The position numbers and the translations under genes are program-made. Source: Phoronis australis (Eukaryota > Animalia > Phoronida). Taken from it: a stretch of 64,000 nucleotides of DNA. Positions 26,376-38,716 of this stretch are shown one piece after another. Positions within the stretch are counted from its first letter, which is position 1; each line of letters opens with the position of its first letter. Under the pieces are notes generated by a model. That model saw only the letters and a program-made list of their open reading frames with translations. It did not search any database and was not told the origin of the DNA. The stretch is from the NCBI GenBank assembly GCA_002633005.1, contig NMRA01000070.1, positions 62,001 to 126,000 on the forward strand. Reading direction: 5' to 3'.

Positions 26376-29300
26376 GTTTTACCTCCTGAATCGTACTCAA
26401 CTCACCGATGAGAAACGAACAGACTGTTTCAGCAACACTTTGCCCTATTCAGGGGGGATGCCCACTCCTTGGCTGAAAGAGATGCTGCGATATGGTTCTT
26501 TTGGCACATGGATATTTTACAATAGTAGCATCGCACTCGTGTACAAAACATAGTAGAGACACTCACTTGAGAGATCTGAATGTTCTGGTAAGCAGCCACG
26601 CGGACTTCTCAAAAATATAGTTTTTAAACGCCCGTGCTCAGCTTAACGCCCTTCCGTGATTTTTGACTTTCCCACTCTAAGCGCCTCGGGCGTTTACCCA
26701 TGTGATTACAGTAATCGCTGTCGAACATTGAGCCAAAATAACATCCTTATCACGTTGTAAATAGGTACTTTAAGTCCTTTTTTAAAGTGTTAAGCACGTG
26801 GAATGTGGCTTTACCTAAGTCATTTTTGGCTGCTCGTGGCCATTGAGAGAAGTGATTGCTTATCATTGCAACAAAAATATTTTTAATTTGTCAGTCCATT
26901 TGCATAAAAAGATTTTCTGAAAAGTTTCAACTAGACATCTGATTGATAATATTGAGTGTGGTGAGAATTTCTACCTTGCGGCGTACTTGTCTTTTTGGCT
27001 CATCATTGTGTAGGCGGACACTTAATTGCTTCACGCCCACTCAAAGTGTATAGAAGTCTCTCTTATTGGAGATTTAATTGTCAGCTGCTGTTTTGTTGCT
27101 GGTAAACTGGTGTCAAACTGAGGTTTATGCCCTTGCTCCTGGGTGCCAAGTCAAATCCCTAGGAATTTGTTTTCTAGCTTTGCCATGCATCTACTTGAGG
27201 TTGGTGGATGTTCAATTTCAGTAAGTTGCCTTGGTTTATTGGACTTATTGAACACTCACGCAGTAAACTACTGTGGTTTTCTTTTTTCGATTGTGCACAA
27301 AAATTAATTGCAAAAATTCAAATATTTCTATTTTTAGAGGCTCATAACATAGTTGAAATGCTGCACAATTTGATGAGAAGTTCCATTTTATGATTGCAAA
27401 TCGACAAAAGGTTTCCTCGACTTTTATTTCTGTTAGGAAAATTGACCCAATGAATTTTGACATGTCGGTCGTATTGTGCTCTAAATTGAAGAACATTTCC
27501 CTTACTTGCATGCTTACGGTATCCATGTCAAGGGCTTTGCGTGCAAGTCAGATAAAATATCAGTGGAGTATCTTGGTGAACGACTTTCAGACGTTTTGGG
27601 AAGCAAAATTCATGCAAGGTTGATACTTTCAAGGAAGACGTGATTAAATAATAAATTGATGTTGGGCATGGGGTAAAGTTTCCTGTAGTTTGAACAAAAA
27701 AATAATGGCCAAAATTTGTCATTTTTTGATTTTCAAACACTCACTGTATTGCCGAAATGTTCAAAATTTCGTCTTGTTTGTTGATGACACCCGTAGTATG
27801 TGAAGTTTTCAAGTAAAATTGTCTTCTTGTTGACAGTTTTACGGTTCCTCCATATTGTGTGCTATAATTTAAAGTATCTTTACCTTAGCTGAACATTGGT
27901 GTTCTTGACCATTGAACCTTTGTGCTGGTAGTATAACAGCCCTAGTTATAAGCATATCACATTGAGCCTAACCCAATATATACCATTGGCATCCTTCAAG
28001 CTGTCTTCACTGCAGGTGTAATGGTTATTTCATCTCACAGTGATCTGACTGTGTTTATTTTTAACTTGTCCAAGGCTACTTTTAGCATGTTGAGTTGGTT
28101 ATGGAACAGTGTGGCGTTTTTGCCTCTTGGTTGGAATGTGTTGACTTGCTCACTCCTTTTCCCGTATTTGGAGCTGTCAGTCTATCCTCACGGGGAGGGG
28201 NAATGGAACTCAGATGTTCAGATCAAGTAAAAGTGTATGAAGTAGCCATTTGTCTTCTGTTAAATTAAACCACTGTTTTGTCAGTAATTGTGTGTAGCAA
28301 CCTTTCAGCTGTCTTCAAAGGACTTCTTAATGCTGTTGTTGAAAAACATGTTACTTTTTCTCTCTGCAGTGAGTGTGATCTGCTTTTTGCGCTCAGTCTT
28401 TTCCATTGATCTTATCCATGTTGTGATCAAGGAAGTAGGCTGGGTTTTTCATGACACACAAAATCAAAAAATGTCACAACGAATGGTGAAGTATTATAAC
28501 AAGGTATCTGAGCCTTGTTTATTGGGTTTGGTTAGATTTCAGTTCAGAACATTTTTTTGGTTAATTCTGCCTTTGTCACCAGTGTTAAACATCACAAGTC
28601 ACACGTTAGCCCTATGAGTGAACAATTCTTTCTCTGCTCCCAGGTTTGTATTGTTTTCTCTGTTTTTCTTGACAGGAGGCTATTATTTCCAAATTTTATT
28701 CCATTGTATTCACTTACATTTATGTTCATCAGTGAACACTGACTGCGTGCCACTACTGGTGCATGATAAAACAAAATGTCATTTACGTGTAGAATATCTT
28801 TTTGTATGGAACTCTAAACGGGCCTGTATCTCTGAAACTCATTTAACTCGATCTCTGAGCCATCTTTTCCATTTAAAAATAATGGAGATTGACAATTGGC
28901 AATAGACGCTTATCCAGAGTTATTATCAGTTTGCGAAAATTGCCAATGTATTTTATTGGTATTGGCACATGCAAATTGCTTCGTTGATTTCCAGGAGCAC
29001 TTTATGCCATCTTGATAACTTCGTGGACAAGATGTGGATGGGCACATTGTAGTACTGAAGTCATTTTCAAAATAACTGATTGCATGTGTCTGCTTAAGCT
29101 GAAATCGAACAATTTGGGGAAAAATTGCTAAGTAAGGTGATATGTTGAGCCTGAATTCAAGAAATGGGCTTATCAACACCATGTCTACCATATTTCTTAA
29201 AGTGGCAGTAAACCCATTGAAGATTTAAGTCTTGAGTTGTTTCTTACGCAGATGAGAAGTGGTTTTGGTCTTACAAAGAACTGACAGTCCATTATTTCTT

Positions 29301-30801
29301 GAGAACGTGACCGAGGATAAAAATGACGTGCAAGTCTATAGCTACCTTAAGTGTCGTCCACATGACGGAGTAACCCAGAACAAAATACTACTGGAACAAA
29401 TTGCCCCAAGGTTTAATAGTAATGTGGACGCTAATTCCATTGGGTCCATCTTGTGAAGACAGAGTACGGCAAATTGTAGTGTGGATGCAAAGCTGAATAC
29501 AAAGTATCTTGGTAATTAACACGCAAATCGTTGTGTCAGACAAAGTATCTTGGTAATCAACATCTGCTCAGTTACATACATACTTATGGCTGTTAAATCC
29601 TTCTTGCGCCACATTTGTCACTAGGTTTAGAGCGTGTAGTACAGACTCTGAATGGGGGGACAAGTTGTTCTGGAATAACTTACAGTGTGGACGTGGCATT
29701 TGGACACTTTTAGTTGTGGGGGGGATAATGTTAAATGTGTTAGGGACAGGAAGGTTTTAGCTTTTACCCAAGTAGGAATGTCCGACATTTGCGATGTGAA
29801 AAATACTCAGTTACTCACTGGTAGGGTCTCGGCATAGGTGACTGTATAAGGATTCAGTTGGTTACAATGTACAGGCGCTTGTTTAAATGTTTATACATTA
29901 GGCAGAGTATGGGCTGGGTTGTACTAGTCAGCAGTGAAACTAAACACGCTGTAGTGGTAATTAATGACCCATTATTGTACCGTTAGGCTTTTACGCACCA
30001 TTTTCGAAAATATTTTGTTGTGTGATGGGATGAATTTCTTGATGGCATGATTGAGTTCATTTGCATTTAATGTATAGTGTGGAGATATCATCTTAAGATT
30101 TTTCGCCTGTTGATTAAAAACGCGACACATGAATATGACACTAACACTCCAAATGTTATTAGAACCGATATGTTGATGATTTGCTGTTATTAAGGCCCTG
30201 CTCATATTAACATCTTGATGAAATGCACTGAGAAAAGGTAGAAACAGGCAAGTTGAGCTTAGATATGTCCCTAATGAGACACTGTGTATGGATTCTTTCA
30301 CAGATTGTACAACGCGGAGTCATTCCCACTTGGTGTCTCTCCCATTTGTGAGATCACCCTGAGAATTTCGTTAGTGTGATGGGTTGTGTCTTGTCTATGC
30401 AATGACAAGGTCATCTTCGCTGCACGAGGACCAGATACACTTTCAATTGTTACTGTCGTTCCATGTGTAGTAGTGCAACCTTCAAAAGTTCCATGTCGTC
30501 TATAAATAGAAAACTAGAACCCAATTTGTGTTTTCAGCCATACAACATGATGACGTCAATATCTGCAGTGGGGACAAGTCGTTGCCATGGTGTGGTTAAT
30601 GCTGTCTCTGTCCCCATTTAATCCTTTCTGCTAATGTTTACATTGTGGAATTGTAACAGATTTTTTGTTGAGTCCAATGCAGTGTGAAAACGAACACATC
30701 TTCCTCTTCGACTGTCTTACCAATCGTGGAGCATGGGAACCATTTGTGAATCAAAGTGTATGAAGTCACCCATGGATGAAATGCCCATTTGTTATTTTCA
30801 G

Positions 30802-30943
30802 ATGTGTGGAGTCTTGGCGTACTACTTTTCATGCTGGTTTGTGGGGAGCCTCCGTTCCAGGAGGCCAACGACAGCGAAACGCTAACGATGATACTTGACT
30901 GTAAATATAAAATGCCAAAACACGTGAGCACAGAACTGCAGGA
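30802..30943 (+). CDS. SNRK: SNRK coding exon 2
   Basis: TTTCAG acceptor; (D)[46 protein letters not shown]; GTAAGT donor; phase matches exon 1. Confidence 0.96.
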
Positions 30944-31101
30944 GTAAGTATTTACATAAAACTCAATGCAATTCAACCGTTTAACTGTGTTGGGTTTTCA
31001 CGGATAAACAGTGTTTTAGGAATTATGGACATCAAGTAAAAGCTTACAAAGATGCAGTACAAAGGAAATGTGTACTTAAACTCTTCTCAAAAACACATTT
31101 A

Positions 31102-31407
31102 CGGTAAAAGTTCTTGAATTTGGACAGTGAAAAAATAATGATTTTGCTCTCGGGATCGGAGCTTGTCCTAAATTCTAGAAATACGTATGGTAACATTGGT
31201 CATCAAAAATTCAAGAAACAGTAGAAAGACTGCAAGATTACCCTATCTGTGGATTGAAAATACATTGCCCGAAATTTGATAAATGTGACGAACGCTAAAG
31301 TCGTCTTTGTCCCCGAGTTCCAGAATCCCATGAAGAAAATTCAATTTTTGCGAGAGTTTCCGTGTCCCAAATTCTATAGATTGACCCAAATTGGAGAATT
31401 TTTACTG
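31102..31407. mobile_element. Tc1/mariner (pogo-type) MITE, family C
   Basis: TA|cggtaaaagttct..gagaatttttactg|TA. Confidence 0.7.
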
Positions 31408-31614
31408 TACTCTCCACCAATTCTGTTTGGGAGGTGGCGTGAACGCAGTAAGCGATGTTCTCTTAATTCTTTGAAAGAATGAAAAACAGCCATGTGAATG
31501 AGTGCAGAAAAGTAATAAGTAAACTGTTGATGAATAGATTTGTATCTTTTATATACGAACATTTTCAGTCTTCTGGTGTTTAGTAATTTGACCTCGTATG
31601 CTTCACTGTTGCAG

Positions 31615-31824
31615 TTTAATAGACAAAATGCTGCGACGCGATCCCAGTGCACGGATACTTCTCGATGACATTCTCAACCATCCGTGGATCGCCACGGACC
31701 CAAACGCTGATAACTCGTGTCATGTGGCGCTGGTCTCGCGCGAGCATCTGTCTGACTCCGATCACAATCTCATCATTGACCGAATGGCTGACGGCAAGAT
31801 AGCCACGCGGGAAGAAATCGTTAG
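31615..31824 (+). CDS. SNRK: SNRK coding exon 3 (kinase C-lobe end, start of UBA domain)
   Basis: TTGCAG acceptor; LIDKMLRRDPSARILLDDILNHPWI..LVSREHLSDSDHNLIIDRMADGKIATREEIV; AG|GTAAG donor. Confidence 0.95.
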
Positions 31825-32919
31825 GTAAGATAGTCGTGAAGAGTTGACTCTTGTATCCCTCTTGCTGACCTGAGGCCTCGTCATTTTGGATGACATCTAT
31901 CTTTTGAGAGTCTTCACACAATATCCCCATACAATATAAGCGGATCACGTGACCTCTGTAGCTTTGCCTTGTGATTACATATATTTAGGATGATATCTGG
32001 AGAACCGACGTGACAACAATGTGCCGACACCTGTCAATTTTTGGGCACCCCACCCCCTAATGGCCAGTTTGGTCTTGGCAAGGAATTTTTTCAGCTGCAC
32101 TTTTGGGGAGAAGAGTGTCGGGATGATACCTAGAGATTAGTTGATTTTTGGGCGATTCCGACCACAGCAGTAACCCGTGGCTATTCTGCTTTTGACCAGG
32201 GACTTTTTCACTAGTTTTGATGAAGAGCATTTTTGGATTGCAATTAAACTTGACACAGAGGTATATGACGGCATTGCTCCAGCACCAAATTCAATCACTG
32301 CAGCACCTTCTAGTGGACATGTTGTCTAGTTGTCTGCTTCATATCTCAGATAAAATTTGGCAAAAGGGTGTAGGTATCTAGAAAACTAATGGGATGGACT
32401 TCCTTCTACTCAAAAATGTTATAAAAAACAAAAAGTTGTGAATCATTTCACCTCTAAAGCTATACACATGAATTTTATTCTGTCTCATATTGTTGGTTCT
32501 TTCATGTCCACCGAAAAAGGAATTGAGGCATCGAAAAAGGGTGGCAAAAAACCCGCAAAATAAACAGTCTTCATCCTAAAACCACCACGTCCCTGCCAGT
32601 GCTTGACACAAGCCAACACTAGATTCTGAAAGCAAAAGGTTTACAGATTCCAAAAATGTGGTCCAAAAGTGCTGCGATCCAATCAGATTGCAATTTTGGG
32701 TTGTTTAAGAGCTACCTGAAATTGCAGCAGATTCCTTGGTGGCTGAGCAGTAATGTAACTATGCTACACGAGCAAATCAGATTCACAGAACCTCCTCATA
32801 ACCCATGCCTCGAAAGTGCCGCCAAACGTGGCCTGTCCTAAGCTGTAAATTATAGGGGGCTCAAGTTGTCCACAACAAAAGTCTAACAGCACTGTGCCAC
32901 CTTACACGAATCTGACAAG

Positions 32920-33606
32920 CACCTCTGATGTTGTTGCAGTTCATTAGAACAAACACCTTTGATGTTGTTGCAGTTCATTAGAACAAACACCTCTGATGTT
33001 GTTGCAGTTCATTAGAACAAACACCTCTGATGTTGTTGCAGTTCATTAGAACAAACACCTCTGATGTTGTTGCAGTTCATTAGAACAAACACCTCTGATG
33101 TTGTTGCAGTTCATTAGAACAAACACCTCTGATGTTGTTGCAGTTCATTAGAACAAACACCTCTGATGTTGTTGCAGTTCATTAGAACAAACACCTCTGA
33201 TGTTGTTGCAGTTCATTAGAACAAACACCTCTGATGTTGTTGCAGTTCATTAGAACAAACACCTCTGATGTTGTTGCAGTTCATTAGAACAAACACCTCT
33301 GATGTTGTTGCAGTTCATTAGAACAAACACCTCTGATGTTGTTGCAGTTCATTAGAACAAACACCTCTGATGTTGTTGCAGTTCATTAGAACAAACACCT
33401 CTGATGTTGTTGCAGTTCATTAGAACAAACACCTCTGATGTTGTTGCAGTTCATTAGAACAAACACCTCTGATGTTGTTGCAGTTCATTAGAACAAACAC
33501 CTCTGATGTTGTTGCAGTTCATTAGAACAAACACCTCTGATGTTGTTGCAGTTCATTAGAACAAACACCTCTGATGTTGTTGCAGTTCATTAGAACAAAC
33601 ACCTCT
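32920..33606 (+). repeat. 34-bp tandem array, ~20 near-identical copies (cacctctgatgttgttgcagttcattagaacaaa), truncated by an assembly gap
   Basis: Directly visible. There are no spacers, and the only variant seen is one substitution in copy 2. Confidence 0.97.
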
Positions 33607-33607
33607 N

Positions 33608-34800
33608 ACTCGGAGGCATCGGAAAGTAAGGAACAAGTAGACATTGACATGGAGATGAGTCACGTGATCAAGCATGTGCGCTCAACGGAGGATGACTTGT
33701 CGTGCAAGAGTACGGGCGAGATGAACATGAGTATGGGTAGTCTGTCCCTGCGGAGGACCGTGCCTAGTCGGCCACTGCGTTCCGTGAGCAGCTCACCTCA
33801 GCTACTCAACATTCAGTTGCTCAACCAGATCTGTGAAGAGGGCGAGAGTGATGACGAAGATGATGACATCTTAGGCCAGACGCTGAGTTCGCCTCGCTGG
33901 ATCCACGAGCGCGCCTCCCTTGCCTCACCAGAGATGATCCGCAAGTTTCACAACCGCAAGAAGAGACTGCACGGCAGTAAGAGTCGTACTGGGACCAGCT
34001 GTAGCAGCTCGGATGCCAGTGACACGGACGAGAACGAGACACGTAAGCGTAAACAGAAGCTTAAGTCCCAGATGCACCGGCGAGACTCGAGTGATTACTC
34101 CAGTGATACGGACGGTCCTGGAGGGCACGGGCCATCTGGCGGGGCCGGGCAGTCGTGGGGTGGCAGTGGTGGTGGCAGGGGTGGCGGAGGTGGTGGTAGG
34201 AGTAAGAAGGATCGTGATCGAGACGAAGACAACAACGACAACAACAAGAGGCGGAAGAGCAGTGGGAGTAACAATATGAAGGGCAAACAACAGAATGGCA
34301 GCTGCAGTGGCAGCCATCAGGAAGACAAGAAGGTTCCACAGTCGGACAAGGCCGAATCTGCACCCAAGAACGGCATCATCATCCATGTAGAACCTGTTAA
34401 GAATCTCTCCAGGCGAAGCGACGGACAGAAGTCGAGCAACCTGAGCTTGGCTTCAAACCTGTCCAACTGGAGCCTGTCGAGTCGCGGCAGCAAATACATC
34501 GTAGACCCATGCAGCAACACACCGTGCCAACGCACAGTTGACACGAACAACATGGAGAACAGGTTGCGCAACCTGCTTCTTCACGAACATGCACGGGACT
34601 TCAGTGATCTTACATCTGACAAAGGTCGCGAGAAGTACGATTGTGGAAAGGACTTTCTGGTGCGCAAGCTGAGTTCCTCAGGTGTCATACGCAAGTGCTC
34701 AAAGGACAAAATCAAAAGTAATGGAGACAGCAGCAACAGACTCATGCCCGATGCGAAGTCATTAGACAAGTCGATGTCTCGATGCTGTAGTGTGGTGTAG
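33608..34800 (+). CDS. SNRK: SNRK terminal coding exon (5' boundary hidden by the N at 33607)
   Basis: ~1.2-kb GC-richer ORF with SNRK tail motifs LNQICEEGESDDED and SCSSSDASDTD..RRDSS, a Gly-rich tract, and C-terminal CCSVV*. Confidence 0.88.
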
Positions 34801-35220
34801 TCTATTGTTCTACAAATTGGTCGAGATGTCAATATCTTGATATTGTGTGCTACTGTATCTGCTGTTGGTGGTCTGTGTTGTAGCACCGAAGTGTTTTGTA
34901 GACCAGTTGAGATATTGATATCTTGATATTGTACTACATTGAAGACCCATGTGGAAGTCAATATCGCGATGCTGTAATTTCATAGAGAAATCCTGTGATG
35001 AAGTTGATATCTTAATGTGATAACGTAATTCTGACCCGGTTAGAAGTGAATATCCGGTTTTGTCAAAGAGAGGAATTTGTAATTTAGATAGTGGGGAGTC
35101 TTGATATCATAATGCTGGGTGATGATGTAAATACTGTGTTAAAAGTGAGAGTCAAGTTATCTTTTTAGTGTAATAATGTGTAGACTTGGGAGGAAGTTGA
35201 TGTGATTAATTGTAGCGAGT
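34768..35220 (+). repeat. Degenerate ~43-56-bp tandem repeat starting in the last codons of SNRK and extending into the 3' UTR
   Basis: Recurrent core aagt(c/t)(g/a)at(a/g)tc..(g/a)at(g/a)(c/t)tgt at about 34768, 34826, 34912, 34955, 35001, 35044, 35098, 35154 and 35193. Confidence 0.6.
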
Positions 35221-35698
35221 CTGTGTTAGAGGAGTGCATTCACCATGCCAGAGTCTACTGTAGACCAGTATTAGCTAACGATGTTAAGGATGTGTGGTTA
35301 TTTATATTGTGTGTTTGGTTGTTGTAATGAGTGAGAATGAACCCATGCATGCTGGCCTGTGCCTCTGTGCTTTTTGTATAAAATCCTCTGGTGGTTAAAC
35401 CAGCCTTCAGCTATACAGTTGATTGCTTGAAACCTTTATTGCAGAGGTTTTGCGCTTTGTATTTGTCATTGGTATTTTTCCAGCAGCTCCTTGGTGTATA
35501 ACACAATTAGTTAGTGTTACTCTGGAGGTTCTAGTGTCGTGCCTCCAAACTTTCTCGAACTATCAAGTACAGTTCGCATCATGATTTTTTGATGTTATCA
35601 GTTTGGAATATAACGTCAACTGCAGGTGTCACTTAAACAGCTATAAACCCATGTTCTGTTGCAGATGAAGAAGCTAACTTTTGATTTAGGCTACTAAC

Positions 35699-35930
35699 CA
35701 CTGTAAAATTGGTCTCGACTTTTTCCTTGGTGACAAGAGAAGTGATTTTTTTGTCTTGCGGTGTACTGACAGTTTGCCATTGCTCGAGACCCTACTCAAA
35801 TAAAACGACATATTTTGACAAATCAGCTCACAGAACCTGAACTAAGGCAATAGCAAACTGTCAGTTCTTTGCAAACTCAAAATCCACTCGTATTTTGAGT
35901 AGGGAAAAATTTGAGACCAATTTTACAGTG
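35699..35930. mobile_element. Palindromic MITE with CACTG termini (CMC/EnSpm-like) in the presumed SNRK 3' UTR
   Basis: 18-bp perfect TIR cactgtaaaattggtctc / gagaccaattttacagtg plus an inner inverted pair ctgacagtttgc / gcaaactgtcag. Confidence 0.75.
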
Positions 35931-36844
35931 GCAAGTGCTGTAAATCGAGTTTTTTTTTTGTGATTGAAGGCGGATTCTTAGCCATTTTAAATGTGTGTAA
36001 GTGTAGGCCCTACATTCTGTGTATTGTGCTATTTACCATTCTGATTTTCAAGTTTTTTGGTTGCAGCCAGGAGTGTAACAGCACAGATCACATTCTCATA
36101 GCTAAGGTGTTTTCTTAAACTAGAACTGAAAGCTAATAATTCTGTTGATTCCTCATGGCCACAAAGGTCAGATCGACTTATGATAGCGTGATAGATGTCC
36201 TAAATGCCAATTTTATTTCATAAACTGATCTTTGTCTAAAGTGTTTTAAGAAGTGTGGATTTAGTTATGCTACATTTTGTGAAATATCGTTGCTGTTTTG
36301 TGTAGTTGGTTATACGTTCACATCTAAGTCTGACAGATGAGGCATCTGTGTGTGTCTTATGTGCACGAGTTGACTGGATTGACTTGTGAGGCTAGTTATT
36401 TATGGTCTTTGTATATATAAATGAACTTGAAAACTGTACTGGTTATGGTTTTTTGTGAAACCCTACGTTTTAGACAGCAGTTGTGGACAAGTGGAGACAC
36501 CTGTGAGTTGGAACTGAACGAGATGCAGGCGATTGAAAACGAATGTAAAACTACTACCATGACTATGGTAATTTTAGCTCAGTCACTCCCAGTCTAAAAT
36601 GTATTTTGAAGAGTGCCAATGTTTTATCATTGAACTTTCAAAATAATGTTGAACAATGCTAGTTACTGTTTTGCCGAGGTGATTTGCTTCAGTGCCTCTC
36701 GTATGACGAGAGGTCTAGCTGAGTATGTGAACATGTGTGTGCATGTGTTAGTAGAGAACATGATTTGTCTGTACCATGAGCAGGGAAATACACTGTGTTC
36801 GGATACTTTGCCATGGAAATCCTGTAGTTCTTATCTTACTTTAT

Positions 36845-37010
36845 TTGACCTATCGCCAGGATTTTGAGTGACGGTTTAACTGACCAATCAGAACGCAGCA
36901 TTCTTGACACACCCTCGTTTCCACGCCATCATTTTACCTGACAAACAGGTTGCCGGTTAAAACTTATTGTTTGTCGACTTTTCGTAAGGGTGTAGCTTGC
37001 GATAGGTAAA
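36845..37010 (+). mobile_element. Family B copy in the presumed SNRK 3' UTR
   Basis: TIRs ttgacctatcgc / gcgataggtaaa. Confidence 0.72.
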
Positions 37011-38710
37011 TTCCTAAGCCAAATCAGTTTACCTCCTTTAGAGAATTGGCTCTTTTTGTAACATTGGTGCAGATATCTATGTAAGCTCATGTTAAGTACA
37101 TTTTACGTTGTCAGGTGTAAACTTGTCATGCACACACAGATGGGTCTTGTTGAGAAACATTTTGCAGTTGAATGTATGGGCGGACATTTTGTATGTGCTG
37201 ATCCAGTTACTCTTACATAGTTTCATCTCGGTAGTTTTCATCTGATATCGATAGCGAGCACTGAATTGACCTATTTACGGATAGTGAAAACTGATACGTG
37301 TGCATCCCAGAGCAAATATTTGTGAGATACAAGTTCTCTAATCCGGAATCAAGAGTGTCATGCAGATGATCATCTGCTCTTTAAACTGGAAGGTGATATA
37401 AGATATTACCTATTTACTAATATCAATTATTAATTTATCTTCAGGCTGCATGTGTGTTTGCTACCCCATTCATGAGACAACTCCTACAATAACATTTGGG
37501 CTTCTGTTACCCCAACCCCTAAGCAAGCCTGAGCCAGACTGTGACTAACCCGTTCTCATCGATTCACAAATTAATGCTCGTGGCTTAGCCGCGATGCTGA
37601 AGACAACCCGTTCACCAATTTCTCTTATAATTCCTCGATTTTAAAACTTCAGTGATGTCTTCTATTAACTTTTCAATTTTAAAAACAGCCATGTTGGTTG
37701 TTTGCCTTACTTATTTTTTATTTTTCGACTTTGAATGTCGTATGTTGATTTACCGCAATTATCTCATCCAACACATTAAGCCAAGTCCATGAATAGTGAC
37801 TAGCTCACTTCAATCCATGACGGTGCCATCAAACATTTGATATACCAAGGAATCCACAGGATATTCTGGGGTAAACAGTTCACAATTTCTCGTCCACTTG
37901 CGTGCAAATCGTGTTAGCATAAGATTTGCCTAATGTCCACAAGCTACCCTAAATGGTAGCGTTTTCACTTGTTGTAGGCAGACCACTTACTTCAAAGGAC
38001 ACAGGCGCAGAGATCGAACTCGTTAAATCAAATTTCATTTAAAGGCGACTTGTGGGGAGGAATTGAACTATTTGCGAAAATGACCCTTTCGCAGGCAGCT
38101 GGTCATTCTGGCTAAAATGTTGGTGTCACTATGCTGTGAAACTGCTAGGATTTCTTTCATTCATGTGAACCTAGTGTGTGTCTGCTTGCTGATCAGGGTG
38201 ACCGCTATCCCACAATTCTTTGCGTATATGACACGTCTCTCTGTGAAAAGGTCAATAGTGTTTTATGTCTGGTGACAGCTCCTGCTGTCAGTAGTAAGAC
38301 TTGATGATGAAGTTTACTTCCAAAGTCCTATACAGCAATCAGCAGTTGTCTTGTACAAATTGGAACAGAACAATATTGTTGTAGCAGATGTAGCAACAAT
38401 AACAATTGACTCGTTCCTTCCATAGTTTAAATGTGTAGAACTTGGAATGCTAACTCGCAGTATTGAAAAGGCTCCAAAATCTATTCCACATGAGGTGGCG
38501 CTGTATGTGGCTTTGAACGATTAAAGGATAAAAAGAACTTTTGTTGGCTAAACTTGGATTTTTGATACCCAAATATTTTCCATGTAAGTAGTATTATAGG
38601 ACAAACGGTAGAGGTTCTGCGAGTTAGTTGCATTAAGCTGCGAAGTGTTACTTTGTATTTTAATGTACAGTTCGTCTGTAAATGAATATTAAGTTATTTA
38701 GTGAACTGTT

Positions 38711-38716
38711 AATAAA
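38711..38716 (+). terminator. Candidate polyadenylation signal for SNRK (3' UTR ~3.9 kb)
   Basis: AATAAA preceded by several TGTA motifs and followed by GT-rich sequence. Other AATAAA hexamers exist nearby. Confidence 0.4.

Noticed and set aside
28021-29191. Cluster of hydrophobic 60-110-aa ORFs as a nested gene
   Set aside because: Mostly non-ATG starts, T-rich intronic composition and no recognisable motifs.
32920-33606. CRISPR array (34-bp repeat length is CRISPR-like)
   Set aside because: Units are head-to-tail with no spacers, there are no cas genes, and the context is a eukaryotic intron.
33574-33607. ATG start of the 408-aa ORF as an independent gene
   Set aside because: The start lies in the tandem array and crosses an N; the ORF is the SNRK terminal exon.
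33821-34961. Several overlapping antisense and alternative-frame ORFs
   Set aside because: Shadow ORFs of the GC-rich, low-complexity SNRK exon.
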